From Pseudomonadota bacterium (GTDB lineage Bacteria; Pseudomonadota; Gammaproteobacteria; Steroidobacterales; Steroidobacteraceae): DNA of 64,000 bases. How positions within the stretch are numbered: position 1 is the stretch's first letter; every line of letters starts with the position of its first letter. Positions 18,977 to 29,310 of the stretch are shown piece after piece. A program made the position numbers and the translations under genes. The notes beneath the pieces were generated by a model. It searched no databases. It saw only the letters and a list, made by a program, of their open reading frames with translations, and was not told where the DNA came from. Location: the NCBI GenBank assembly GCA_023423935.1, contig JAFAEQ010000058.1:48943-112942 (forward strand). The letters are read 5' to 3'.

Positions 18977-19097
18977 GAATTCAGGCCAGTCAAAATTCGG
19001 GGCGGAAGATTAGCGAGCCAGCACTCCGCCGCGCCAGTGAATCTTTCGAATCCTGTCGCGACAGAGCCCCCGGCACGGGAGCCTTGTCTTCATGGTG

Positions 19098-19433
19098 TTA
19101 CGCGACGCTCTGCTGGATCAGCGCTGTCAAATCCGCTTTGCGCGGCAACCCGACTTTCTGACCCACCACCTGCCCCTTGTCGAACAGGATCACGGTCGGC
19201 ACACCGCGGATACCGAACTTGTGGGGCGTGCGATTGTTCTGGTCGATATCGATGGTCGCGATCGTGAGCTTGTCGCCGAACTCGGCGGCGATGTCATGGA
19301 TCATCGGTTTCATCGCTTTGCAGGGGCCGCACCATTCGGCCTCGAACTTCACCAGCACTGGTCGATCCGCACTCAGTACATCCTTATCGAAGCTCTCATC
19401 GCTGACCGCAATGATGTTATCCGGCTGACTCAT
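19098..19433 (-). CDS. trxA: Thioredoxin
   Basis: WCGPC active site, IRGVPT; GGAG RBS. Confidence 0.93.
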   Translation of the reverse strand: MSQPDNIIAVSDESFDKDVLSADRPVLVKFEAEWCGPCKAMKPMIHDIAAEFGDKLTIATIDIDQNNRTPHKFGIRGVPTVILFDKGQVVGQKVGLPRKADLTALIQQSVA

Positions 19434-19582
19434 GCGCTTAGTCTCCAAGGGTTCGTGATCTGCCGAGCAACTGTGTCGGCAGTGCCTGGGGAGATCATCG
19501 GGGCTCGCGGGCGCAACACCAATTCCTGGTCTCGATGCAGTCGATTGGAAAGACCGATTGCTTGCGCTCGGGTGAGCGGCAG

Positions 19583-19707
19583 GCAGCGAGAATCACCCGT
19601 CGAATCGCGCCTTCGTCTGAACGCCCCGGGACCGCGTATAGCCCTCCTGTTCTCCTGACCAGCCTTTTCCATGGCTCCCCGGATGGCTCCTCCGGGTGAT
19701 TCGCTGC
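19583..19707 (-). ncRNA. Candidate GGA-rich structured RNA (Csr/Rsm-like)
   Basis: Closing stem 19583-19599/19693-19707; six GGA within ~50 nt including CAGGA x2 and a looped ATGGA. Confidence 0.4.
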
Positions 19708-19788
19708 TTGCACTCGGCCAGCACACTGCGCGCCCTCGATAACGCGGCCCGACCGCAGCCTAATTCAACGCAAACCCTGGGGAAGCAC

Positions 19789-20418
19789 ATGTTCAAGCGT
19801 CTTGCGATTCTTCTGTCTCTGAGTCTCGGCATGGCCATCCACGCGAATGCGGCCGGCCTGCCTGTCCCGACCGTCGAGTACTCGGCCGATCGCGTGATCG
19901 AGTCGGAAGCCGGCGACTTCACCGGCAAGATCTACTCCGCGAAGGATCGCGAGCGTGCCGAAATGAACATGGGCGAGATGCAGTCGGTGATGATCCTGCG
20001 TCGTGACAAGCAGATCGGCTGGATGTTGATGCCGATGCAGAAAGCGTATTCAGAGATGGACTTCGCACAGGCTGCCAAGCAGAGCGGCGCTGCGCCCGAC
20101 GACCAGGTCGACATCACGGTCGTGGGCACCGAGACGGTCGAAGGTTACGAGGCGACCAAGTACAAGATGGTCATGAAGGACGGCAGCGCGGGCGGCTTCG
20201 TCTGGATCACGAAGGAAGGCATTCCCGTCAAGATGGACATGCTCAGCAAGTCCGGCCGCGACAAATCCCGCATCACCATGACGCTCAAGAACCTGCAGAT
20301 CGGCCCGCAGGACCCACAGCTGTTCGAGATTCCTGCCGGCTACACCGCGATGCCGGGCTTCGGTATGGGCGGCATGAAGGGAATGATGAAAGGCGCCTTG
20401 GGCGGCATGGGCCGCTAA
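19789..20418 (+). CDS. DUF4412-like exported protein
   Basis: Signal peptide; GTETVEGYEATKYK, WITKEGIPVKM, LFEIPAGY. Confidence 0.75.
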   Translation: MFKRLAILLSLSLGMAIHANAAGLPVPTVEYSADRVIESEAGDFTGKIYSAKDRERAEMNMGEMQSVMILRRDKQIGWMLMPMQKAYSEMDFAQAAKQSGAAPDDQVDITVVGTETVEGYEATKYKMVMKDGSAGGFVWITKEGIPVKMDMLSKSGRDKSRITMTLKNLQIGPQDPQLFEIPAGYTAMPGFGMGGMKGMMKGALGGMGR

Positions 20419-20445
20419 AGCGCTCGAGGCACCGAGATCATCATC

Positions 20446-21714
20446 ATGAAAACCAATCTCTCCGCTGCGATCGTCGCTGTGCTTTGTCTCGGCGCCAGCG
20501 CCACCGCGTTCGCCGACTGCGCCGCCAACTCGACGGTGGCGCAGACCCAGCAACGCTATGCCAGGGCGCAGCAACTCGAGAGCGCCGGCGATCTCGAAGG
20601 CGCCTTTCAGGCATACGTCGGCGCACAGGATTACACCTGCGATCCGAATCCGGTCGAGGCGGTCGCTGCGCAACGTGCCGCGCCGCTGGGTCTGAAGCTC
20701 GGGGCCGCGGCCGAGAAGAACGGCAACTTCGAGAAAGCCTTTCGTATCTACGACGACGCGGGGCAGTACGCCGCCGCCGAGCGGGCGCTGATGGCATGGG
20801 TCCGGGCCAATCCCGATAGCCCCAGTGTGTACGGTGCGGCGCGCGAGGCATTCGACTATCGCACCCTGCCCGCCTTCGCAGCGAACAACAAAGTTCGTCT
20901 GAGCGTGACGGGGACGTATCAGCCGGACCCGAAGAACATTGCCGAAGTGAAAGCGATGCCGGCCAAGGGAGCAGAACGCGCGCTGCAAAGCGAGAGCGCA
21001 ATGTTCAACGAGGACTATCTGCGCGGCTATGTGCAGCAGATTCAATCCCGACCGGACGATGCGAGCGATACCGCGACCGTGCAATCGTGGATGAACTCGC
21101 AGCAGGCCTTCGCACAGAAATGGTCGAAGTTCTCGGCCGGCGAGCCGCTCGAGGGCTCACTGCGGGCGCTGGATCTCGCCGCTCGCTGGGCCTCATCGAC
21201 CAGCGATGACGCTCTTCGCGAGAAGATCGAGGCACAGCACGACGCACGTCTCGAACAGCGCGCCGCGACGCTCGTGAAATCGTACGCTGGCGCGCCGAAC
21301 CTGCTGAAAGCGGCCATCGCTTATTCCATGGCACTACGCGGCAAGGATGACGCCGCCAAGCAGTCGCAGGTCGCAGCAATCAAGTCGCAGGCCTCGCAGC
21401 TCGGCGATGCAGCGAATGCCAGGCAACGCTTCGCACTCGCGGCCGATTACTACGACCTCGCCGATCAGGATGCAAAAGCGCAGGCCGCTCGCGATCAGGC
21501 GCAGAAGGCCGCGATGGCACGGATGCAGCCACAGATCGACAACGCGCAGAAACAGGCCGAGGAAATGCAGAAGCAGTTCAGCGATCCGGCCAAAGTGGAA
21601 GCGATGCGTCAGCAGGCACTCGCCATGCAGAAGAATCTGCAGGAGCAGCAAAAGGCGAAAGCCAAGACGAATGCCAAGAAGGCAGACGATCTGGAGCAGG
21701 AACTCGGTCTTTGA
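20446..21714 (+). CDS. Exported Ala/Gln-rich helical hypothetical protein
   Basis: 422-aa ORF; signal peptide (AFA-D); TPR-like and coiled-coil composition. Confidence 0.75.
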   Translation: MKTNLSAAIVAVLCLGASATAFADCAANSTVAQTQQRYARAQQLESAGDLEGAFQAYVGAQDYTCDPNPVEAVAAQRAAPLGLKLGAAAEKNGNFEKAFRIYDDAGQYAAAERALMAWVRANPDSPSVYGAAREAFDYRTLPAFAANNKVRLSVTGTYQPDPKNIAEVKAMPAKGAERALQSESAMFNEDYLRGYVQQIQSRPDDASDTATVQSWMNSQQAFAQKWSKFSAGEPLEGSLRALDLAARWASSTSDDALREKIEAQHDARLEQRAATLVKSYAGAPNLLKAAIAYSMALRGKDDAAKQSQVAAIKSQASQLGDAANARQRFALAADYYDLADQDAKAQAARDQAQKAAMARMQPQIDNAQKQAEEMQKQFSDPAKVEAMRQQALAMQKNLQEQQKAKAKTNAKKADDLEQELGL

Positions 21715-21872
21715 TTTGGTTGGGTTTCGCGCCGGGCACTTGCACTGTCGCGAACGATTTCCCCTCTCGGCCTTTTTGCCGACGGGCTCAAGAAGCGTGG
21801 GTTGATCTGTCCATCAGTAGATTCAAGCTTCTTCAGAGACGGGGTGAGCTTCCCCACTCGCTCCGCCTCTGA

Positions 21873-21900
21873 CCTTCCCCCGCGCACGCGCGGGGGAAGG
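21873..21900. repeat. REP-like GC-rich palindrome
   Basis: CCTTCCCCCGCGC-AC-GCGCGGGGGAAGG perfect 13-bp stem. Confidence 0.65.
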
Positions 21901-22009
21901 CCATTTTTCTCCATCGCACAACCCCGACAGCAAAGCCGCCGCCGGTCGGCTGTCGCCGTAACCCTCTTCGCTTTATTCTTCGCGCCGGTACTTGGGCGCG
22001 GAACGAGCG

Positions 22010-22792
22010 ATGGGCATCTGTCGGGCTGACAAAGTATTGCTGGGAGGTGGCGCTGCCATGCTGGGCGGATCTGCCTTGTTCGGCATCCCTGCAGGACTGG
22101 CCGTGCCGGCTGCAGCATTCGCAGCCATCATGCTCGACGGTGTCTTCCGTCCGGGCTCCAGCACGTTCTATCCGACGATCAGCAACGGTCCGCGCACCGG
22201 CAACAAGATCGCACTCACGTTCGACGATGGCCCCGACCCGGAAGTCACCCCGGTCGTGCTCGATCAATTGAAAGTGTCGGGCGCACGCGGCACGTTCTTC
22301 ACCATCGGCCGGCATCTGGAACGCCACAAAGCGATCGGCGCGAGAGCCCTTGCCGAAGGCCATGAGCTCGGCAATCACTCATGGCGACACGCCTACTGGC
22401 AGAACTTCTATACGACGGGCCAGCACGCGCGCGACCTGGAGCGCAACACTCGCATCATTCAGGAGCTGTCCGGCAACGCTAGCCAGCCGCTGTATCGTCC
22501 GCCCGTGGGACTCAAGAGTCCTGCCCTGGCGCGCGTGGCGAACAAGCGCGATCTCACGATCATTGCGTGGTCGCTGCACAGCCGGGACACCATGAGCGGC
22601 AACGCACAGGCGATCGCCGATCGCGTGTTGAGGCGCGTACAGCCAGGCGACATCGTGCTGATGCATGACGGTCACGATCTCGACGGACGTCATCGTCGCG
22701 GCATCCTGCCTGCCCTGCCGCTGATTCTGCGGGGACTTCAGGAGCGCGGACTCGAGTCGGTGACCGTATCGCAGCTGCTCGAAAGAACCTGA
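22010..22792 (+). CDS. Polysaccharide deacetylase (CE4)
   Basis: ALTFDDGP, GNHSWRH, YRPPVG, DIVLMHD; start uncertain. Confidence 0.92.
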   Translation: MGICRADKVLLGGGAAMLGGSALFGIPAGLAVPAAAFAAIMLDGVFRPGSSTFYPTISNGPRTGNKIALTFDDGPDPEVTPVVLDQLKVSGARGTFFTIGRHLERHKAIGARALAEGHELGNHSWRHAYWQNFYTTGQHARDLERNTRIIQELSGNASQPLYRPPVGLKSPALARVANKRDLTIIAWSLHSRDTMSGNAQAIADRVLRRVQPGDIVLMHDGHDLDGRHRRGILPALPLILRGLQERGLESVTVSQLLERT

Positions 22793-22814
22793 TTCGCATC
22801 GTCTGCGACAAAAG

Positions 22815-22840
22815 AAAAGGGCCACCGAAGTGGCCCTTTT
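22815..22840. terminator. Bidirectional intrinsic terminator
   Basis: AAAAGGGCCAC-CGAA-GTGGCCCTTTT between convergent genes. Confidence 0.85.
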
Positions 22841-22862
22841 CATTCGCGAGAATGCGATCCGC

Positions 22863-24008
22863 TTATGCGGTCGCCGGCTCCGAGCCGATCAACTGCAGGC
22901 GCCGATACTGCTGCAGCAACGACTCCTCGAGCGCGACCAGACGGCGATGCGCTTCGCTCTCGTTCCACTGGTGGACGAGCTTCTGCTTCGCAGCTTCGAT
23001 CTTCTCCTGCTGCAAATTAGCAAAGTCCTTGACGATCACGGCGAGATGCGCCGCCTCATGCTCCAGCTGAGCCTGCCAGCGCGCTAACAGGCTTGGATCG
23101 CTGCATTCGTTCAGCCGCTCGCGCGCCACTTCGATCTGACGCTCGACCAATGCCTTGCGGATCTGGAACTCCGGAACACGCCGCAGACCTTTCGCGAGGC
23201 CGACGAACGAGCAGAAGGCGATGAACCACTTGGTCGGGTCGTACTGCCACCAGCGCACGCCATTGCGGTAGTCCCACTGAAAGTAGTGGTGGAAGTTGTG
23301 ATAACCCTCGCCGTAGGTGAGCAGCGCGAGAAAGTCGTTGTCACGGGCAGTGTTCTCGCTCGTGTACGGGCGACGGCCCCAGTAGTGCGCAAGCGAGTTG
23401 ATGAAGAACGTCACGTGATGGCTCACCACCAGGCGCATCAGGCCGGGCAGCAACAGGCACCCCCAGATATCGCCGTGCCACCAGCCGAGCAGCAGCGGCA
23501 CACCGAGGTTCATGCCGACGGCGAGCCACAGATAGTAGCGATGCTGGAACTGCACGATCGGGTTCGCTTCGAGATCGCGCGCGTTCGCAGTGTTCACCTT
23601 GCCGCTGGGATAGTCGCGGAGCATCCAGCCCATGTGCGAGAACCACAGGCCGCGCTTGGCCGAATACGGATCGTGCTCCACATCATCGACATGTCGATGA
23701 TGGACGCGATGCATCGAGGCCCAGATAACGATGCTGTTTTGCAGAGACATCGCTCCGAACAACATATAGAAGATCTGCAGCGGCTTGGACGCCTCGTAGC
23801 TGCGATGGGCCCAGAAGCGGTGGTAACCGCCCGTGATCGACAAGCCCGTGGCGAAGCACAGCACGAAGAACCACGCCCATTCGAACGCGTCGAATCCGAA
23901 CTTCCATGCGTACCAGGGGAAAACCGTCAGGGCCGGGACGGTGGTGATCAGGAACATGAACGCCGCTGGCTTATTGATAGGCGCGCGTTCATTGGCCGAT
24001 TCAGGCAT
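22863..24008 (-). CDS. Delta-9 type membrane fatty acid desaturase
   Basis: His boxes HRFWAH, HRVHH, HNFHH; GEGYHN. Confidence 0.93.
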   Translation of the reverse strand: MPESANERAPINKPAAFMFLITTVPALTVFPWYAWKFGFDAFEWAWFFVLCFATGLSITGGYHRFWAHRSYEASKPLQIFYMLFGAMSLQNSIVIWASMHRVHHRHVDDVEHDPYSAKRGLWFSHMGWMLRDYPSGKVNTANARDLEANPIVQFQHRYYLWLAVGMNLGVPLLLGWWHGDIWGCLLLPGLMRLVVSHHVTFFINSLAHYWGRRPYTSENTARDNDFLALLTYGEGYHNFHHYFQWDYRNGVRWWQYDPTKWFIAFCSFVGLAKGLRRVPEFQIRKALVERQIEVARERLNECSDPSLLARWQAQLEHEAAHLAVIVKDFANLQQEKIEAAKQKLVHQWNESEAHRRLVALEESLLQQYRRLQLIGSEPATA

Positions 24009-24271
24009 CGATAACTCCGCAAATTCAGTGATCTAGACGAACGGCGCCGATCCTAGCAGCCGCATAGGACCTTCGGTAGGTACTGCCGCGGCCAAGATCC
24101 TCGGCATTTCCCTGACAGACCCTCGCAAGTCGTTGACGCAGGTACCTAAGTTGTCGGACTTCGGCAAAGTACACCTGCCAAGCCCGGGGAAGACCTTACG
24201 ACTTGAGAAGGCTGCCCGGCGTGTAGTATCCGCCCCCTGCTCTGCACTGCAGTTTCGACTCGAGGCCACTT

Positions 24272-25378
24272 GTGACGTACGCCGCGATTACCGGCTGGGG
24301 CAAATGCATGCCGCCCGCCACCCTGACGAATGCCGATCTCGCGACTTTCCTGGAAACCAGCGACGAGTGGATCACGACCCGCACCGGCATCAAGGAACGT
24401 CGAATTTCCCACGTGCCGATGACCGTGCTCTCGCATGTCGCCGCCGCGCGCGCGCTCGCCTGCGCCGGGCTCCAAGCCGCTGACATAGACCTCGTGGTGC
24501 TCGGCACCTGCTCCGCTGACGAAACCGTGCCGAACACTGCCTCGGGCGTGCAATACATGCTCGGCGCCACGAATGCGGCCGCGATGGACATCAACACCGC
24601 GTGCACGAGCTTCCTCTACGGGCTTTCGACTGCGACCGCGATGGTCCGAACTGGCGTGGTGCGAAATGCCCTGATCGTCGGAGTCGAAGGCATCAGTCCA
24701 TACATGGACTGGTCGAATCGCAACGTCGCAGTGCTGTTCGGCGATGGCGCTGCCGCAGTCGTCATCCAGGCGACGGAAGAACCCGAAGGTGTGATCGCGG
24801 AGAAACTCGGATGTGCGGCCGATGCGCGCGATGCCTTGCGGGTGCGCGGCATGGGCACGATCTACGGCAACAACGGGGTGTACTTCGGCGATACGCGCTG
24901 GGATTTCGATGGCCCGGAAATCTTCAAGCGCGCCGTTCACGGCATGACCGAAGCATCGACTGCAGCACTCGATCGCGCGGGCCTCTCGAGCAGCGACATC
25001 GATCTCGTCGTCCCTCATCAGGCGAATCTGCGCATCATCGAAGCGGTCGCCAAGCGCTCGGGCATCGACATGGAACGTGTGTTCCTTACCGTGCAACGCT
25101 ACGGGAACATGTCGGCGGCAACCGTGCCCGTCGCACTCGTCGAGGCGCTGGAGGAAGGCCGCGTGAAACCTGGATCGCTGTTGCTCACACCTGCCTTCGG
25201 CGGCGGACTGACCTGGTGCTCACACGTGATTCGATGGGGTCAACGAGTCACGCCGCTCGGCACGAGCGACGCCGAACTTCCTCCGTGCGACAAGTCGGCG
25301 CTCGAGCTCGTGCAGGACGTGATCCGCCGCAAGCGCGGCTCAGGCGCGGCGCTGGACGTTGTGCTGCCTACGAAATAA
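24272..25378 (+). CDS. fabH: Beta-ketoacyl-ACP synthase III
   Basis: WITTRTGIKERR, TACTSF, LFGDGAAA, PHQANLRII, GNMSAA. Confidence 0.92.
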   Translation: MTYAAITGWGKCMPPATLTNADLATFLETSDEWITTRTGIKERRISHVPMTVLSHVAAARALACAGLQAADIDLVVLGTCSADETVPNTASGVQYMLGATNAAAMDINTACTSFLYGLSTATAMVRTGVVRNALIVGVEGISPYMDWSNRNVAVLFGDGAAAVVIQATEEPEGVIAEKLGCAADARDALRVRGMGTIYGNNGVYFGDTRWDFDGPEIFKRAVHGMTEASTAALDRAGLSSSDIDLVVPHQANLRIIEAVAKRSGIDMERVFLTVQRYGNMSAATVPVALVEALEEGRVKPGSLLLTPAFGGGLTWCSHVIRWGQRVTPLGTSDAELPPCDKSALELVQDVIRRKRGSGAALDVVLPTK

Positions 25379-25473
25379 GGGATAAAGGCAAACCACATAG
25401 AACACAACGAGCACAGGAGAAGCGCAAAACAAATGCGCTTTCGTTTTGCGATCCATGCGCTCTTTGTTGTGAC

Positions 25474-26580
25474 TCAGCGCAGTGCACGAGTCAGGAACGG
25501 CAACGACACATCCAGGCGATAGTCGATGTCGGAGTGGGTATCGTCAAACTCTTCGTAGGTGTGGCGAATCCCTTCCTCGCTCAGTCGCTTCGAGAGAATC
25601 CGACTCCCGTAGTGAATGTGGTACTGATCGCGATAACCGCAGTCGATGTAGATACCGCGCAGCGACTTGAGATTGGCACGGAACTCGTGCACGAGATTGA
25701 TCGGATCGTGACGGCGCCAGGCGGCCCATCGCGCCGGAATCAGCTCACCGGTTTCGAGATTGAACGGCAGCCGGAATCCATTGGGGGCCTTCGGGTCCGG
25801 ATCGTAGGTCGCCGCCATGCACAGATTCATCAAACAATGCCCCTCGGCCTGCGTGAGCTTGTGCTTTCTCCACACCGTATCCAGGAATCCCTTTACCCGG
25901 CCATCGTCGCGTCCGGTATTCGCATTGCGTTCGGCGGCGCGCACGTTCAGTGGACCGGGCCCTCGCATACGCGGACGATACTTCGCCAGCTCGGTGAGCG
26001 TATTCGGCCAGTCGTGCGCGTACACGAACTCAAAGTACGCGTCGCCCGAATGATCGGCGACGGCACCCCAGGTCTGCGGATACTTCATCCCATGGATGAT
26101 GGCTCCGTAACCGCCGGATGACTTGCCGAAACAGCCACGGTGATCGCGCGACGCCTTCGTTCGAAACTCCTTGTCGACGAACGGCACGATCTCCCGCGTC
26201 AGGTAGTTGGCATAGCGCCCGATTGCCGATGAGTTGATGTACTGATTTCCACCGAGCGCGGTAAAGCAGTCGGGAAATACAAGGATTGCCGGCGCCATGC
26301 GCTTTTCGAACACAAGGCGCGCAGCGCGCTCAGGCAGGTTCTCGCTGAAATTCTTCCAGCCGATGTGTCCCAGACCCGACCCCATAAAGCCCGCCATGTC
26401 GACGAGCACCGGGTAACGCTTGCCGCCACCGCCTGCCTTGCCTGCGTCATATCCTGGCGGCAACCACACCGCGAGCTTGCGAACGCTCGGATCGCCGAGC
26501 GGATTGTCACGCAACACCTTCGACTGATGTTCGAGCACGATCACCGTGCCGCTATCCCAGCGCGGGCGCTTCAGGGCCAT
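25474..26580 (-). CDS. Enterochelin esterase-like alpha/beta hydrolase
   Basis: VWLPPGY, GKSSGG nucleophile elbow, DTH near C-terminus. Confidence 0.85.
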   Translation of the reverse strand: MALKRPRWDSGTVIVLEHQSKVLRDNPLGDPSVRKLAVWLPPGYDAGKAGGGGKRYPVLVDMAGFMGSGLGHIGWKNFSENLPERAARLVFEKRMAPAILVFPDCFTALGGNQYINSSAIGRYANYLTREIVPFVDKEFRTKASRDHRGCFGKSSGGYGAIIHGMKYPQTWGAVADHSGDAYFEFVYAHDWPNTLTELAKYRPRMRGPGPLNVRAAERNANTGRDDGRVKGFLDTVWRKHKLTQAEGHCLMNLCMAATYDPDPKAPNGFRLPFNLETGELIPARWAAWRRHDPINLVHEFRANLKSLRGIYIDCGYRDQYHIHYGSRILSKRLSEEGIRHTYEEFDDTHSDIDYRLDVSLPFLTRALR

Positions 26581-26630
26581 GAGGTATCCTCCGTTTCCAT
26601 TTCGATTCTAGCCGATACGACAAGACCGCC

Positions 26631-27665
26631 ATGAGTGAACGCGAACAGGAAGATCTTCTCGACACGCTGCTGCTGCCCTTCGCGGGGCAACTGCCATGGA
26701 ATGCAGATGCGTGCTTTCTGCGAGCACGGCACGGCGGCGCACTTGCGCGTTTCGATGTCAGCGGACTCGCATGCGAACAGACGTTCAAGCCTTATGCCGA
26801 TGAACTGACTCGCGCCGGACTGAAGGTCACGACCGATATCGAACGTCGTTTCCCGTTGGTGCTCGCGCTGCCGCCGCGCCAACGCGACGAAGCGCGTGCA
26901 CTGCTCGCTCGCGCCCTCACGCTCGCGACACCCGGCGGCCGTGTCGTCGTCTGTCAGCACAACAACGAAGGCGGGCGCACGATGGAATCCGACCTGACCA
27001 AGCTGGCGGGCGAAGTGACGACGCTGAGCAAACACCGTTGCCGCGTATGCTGGACCGCACCGCTCGACGATATGAGCAAGGACAGTCAAGTTCAGGAATG
27101 GCTGCGCCTGGACGCCCCACGCTCGATTCTCGATGGCCGTTTCATGAGTCGTCCGGGCCTGTTCGCCTGGGATCGCGTCGACATCGCATCGCAGCTGCTC
27201 GCCTCGTCTCTTCCAGGCGATCTGCGCGGCGCCGTGGCCGATCTGGGTGCGGGATTCGGTTATCTGTCCGTCGAAGCGCTCGAGCGCAGCCCGCGCATCG
27301 GCTCGCTCGATCTCTATGAAGCCGAGCATCGTGCACTCGCGCTCGCTCAGCTCAACCTGAGCTCATTCGAATCGCGGCTGCCCATTCGCTATCACTGGCA
27401 CGATGTCACCCAGGGTTTGCCCCATCGCTATGACGCGATCGTCATGAACCCACCCTTTCATGCGAGTCATCGGTCAGATCGCCCCGATATCGGCCGTCAA
27501 TTCATCGGCGTCGCCGCCGAAGCATTGAACCGAACGGGACGACTGTTCCTCGTGGCCAACCGGCATTTGCCGTACGAGTCCGTATTGAACGATCGGTTTG
27601 AAACAGTGCGGACGCTCGCCAGCGAGCAGGGCTTCAAAGTCATCGAAGCGACGAAAGCACGTTGA
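26631..27665 (+). CDS. RsmC-like class I SAM methyltransferase
   Basis: PGLFAWDRVD, DLGAGFG, MNPPFH, VANRHLPYE. Confidence 0.88.
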   Translation: MSEREQEDLLDTLLLPFAGQLPWNADACFLRARHGGALARFDVSGLACEQTFKPYADELTRAGLKVTTDIERRFPLVLALPPRQRDEARALLARALTLATPGGRVVVCQHNNEGGRTMESDLTKLAGEVTTLSKHRCRVCWTAPLDDMSKDSQVQEWLRLDAPRSILDGRFMSRPGLFAWDRVDIASQLLASSLPGDLRGAVADLGAGFGYLSVEALERSPRIGSLDLYEAEHRALALAQLNLSSFESRLPIRYHWHDVTQGLPHRYDAIVMNPPFHASHRSDRPDIGRQFIGVAAEALNRTGRLFLVANRHLPYESVLNDRFETVRTLASEQGFKVIEATKAR

Positions 27666-27729
27666 TCGCGACTGGCGCTTCCTATCCTGCGTGCGTAGAT
27701 TGCCTGCCGCGCTCCTCACTGGTTTTTTC

Positions 27730-28431
27730 ATGAAGCTTCTGAAACTCATCGCCAATCTCGGTTACGGCAGTCGCAAGGAAGTCATGGCGTTGTTCCGCGA
27801 TGGCCGCATACGCGACGAGCACGGCGAGGTGCTCTACAGCGACGATCAGGTCGATCCGGCAACCGTGCGTATCGATGGCGAACCGCTCGATCCGTCGCCC
27901 GGCCTGCTCATCATGCTGCACAAACCCGTCGGGTACACCTGCTCGACGACAGATCCCGGCAACGTCGTGTACGACCTGTTTCCGCCACGCTTTCGCAGGC
28001 GCTCGCCCGTACTCGCGACCGTGGGCAGGCTGGATCGCGACACGAGCGGTCTGCTGCTGATGACCGATGATGGCGCCCTGCTCCATCGCATCGTGCATCC
28101 GAAATCGAAGATCGCGAAGATCTACGAAGCGACGCTCGCGCGTGATCTGCGCGGCGATGAAGTGAAGGTCTTTGCGAGCGGCAAGCTCATGCTCGAATCC
28201 GAGAAGGCGCCGCTTGCGCCCGCGGCTCTCGAGATCCTGGATCCGCGCCACGCGCGGCTCACCCTGACCGAAGGCCGCTATCATCAGGCGCGCAGGATGT
28301 TTGCGGCCGTGGGTAATCACGTGGAGAAGCTGCATCGCAGCCGTGTCGGCGGCCTCGAGCTCGAAGATCTGCCAGAGGGCGAGTGGAGAATACTGAGCCA
28401 GGCAGATCGGGATCGACTGTTTGCAGGCTGA
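27730..28431 (+). CDS. rsuA: RsuA family pseudouridine synthase
   Basis: GYGSRKE, HKPVGY, GRLDRDTSGLLL, EGRYHQ. Confidence 0.88.
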   Translation: MKLLKLIANLGYGSRKEVMALFRDGRIRDEHGEVLYSDDQVDPATVRIDGEPLDPSPGLLIMLHKPVGYTCSTTDPGNVVYDLFPPRFRRRSPVLATVGRLDRDTSGLLLMTDDGALLHRIVHPKSKIAKIYEATLARDLRGDEVKVFASGKLMLESEKAPLAPAALEILDPRHARLTLTEGRYHQARRMFAAVGNHVEKLHRSRVGGLELEDLPEGEWRILSQADRDRLFAG

Positions 28432-29085
28432 CTATTTGGCCGCGACGACCATCCAGTTGTTGAACGGCGTCCGGCCCCACGCGGGATGAAACTCGCAGCG
28501 GAATCCATGCCGCTGCAGCAACTCATGCAAGCTGGATTTCGTGGGCTGTGAGCGTGGTGGGGTCTGCATCCAGCGAATACCGTGGCCGACACGATCCATG
28601 AATCGTGTGAAGCCCGCGCGCCAACTCCCGTCGTCGAGCCCGGCTCGCATGATCAACATGCCATCGGCGCTGACGGCTTGAGCGGCGCGATCGATCACGA
28701 GATCACTCGAAGCGGTATCGAGATACTGCACGACATCGAGCAATGCAACGCTGCCCCGATGTTGCGGGAACATGCGCGTCAAGTCGCACACCTCGAATTC
28801 CACGTCGGGCGTATCTGCCTTGCGTGCGGCCTCGCGCGCAATCGCAATTTTTCCGGCGTCGATATCGACACCGCGATACGGCATGGTGGCGCCCGCCGCG
28901 CGCAGCGCGTGAGCCAGAAGTCCAATGCCGCAGCCGATGTCGAGCAACGGCGCTTGCGTACGCGCAATGGCGTCGACGACATGCTCGTACAGCGGATCGC
29001 TCGCAATCTTCGATCGCGCGTACCAGTAGTGATAACGGCTCGGCAGATAATGTGCGGCGATCGCAGCGGCGGGTGCGGAAGGCAT
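28432..29085 (-). CDS. Class I SAM-dependent methyltransferase
   Basis: LLDIGCGIG motif I, GVDID. Confidence 0.85.
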   Translation of the reverse strand: MPSAPAAAIAAHYLPSRYHYWYARSKIASDPLYEHVVDAIARTQAPLLDIGCGIGLLAHALRAAGATMPYRGVDIDAGKIAIAREAARKADTPDVEFEVCDLTRMFPQHRGSVALLDVVQYLDTASSDLVIDRAAQAVSADGMLIMRAGLDDGSWRAGFTRFMDRVGHGIRWMQTPPRSQPTKSSLHELLQRHGFRCEFHPAWGRTPFNNWMVVAAK

Positions 29086-29310
29086 GCCGCATGGTAGAGC
29101 ACCGGCGCGACTTAGCCCATTGCAGGTCCTTCAGTTGACACGACTACACCGGAGCGATCGACTGTCACTGCGGTGCCGGAACCAGCTCGCGGTTGTTCCC
29201 ATCAACGTCATGAGCTTTGCGCCCTCGCAAGGCGAATCGACTAAGGGTTTGACTGAAGGTCGCTCGCACAACGATTGACGCCTTCCAAGCCGCTCCCTAA
29301 GCTTGCGGCC

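Noticed and set aside
19708..19732. CIRCE element (TTGCACTC...)
   Set aside because: Only a partial left arm; no GAGTGCTAA at 9-nt spacing.
22010..29085. Specialised lipid or pigment biosynthetic cluster
   Set aside because: Mixed orientations, intervening rRNA-modification genes, and no ACP or elongating ketosynthase.
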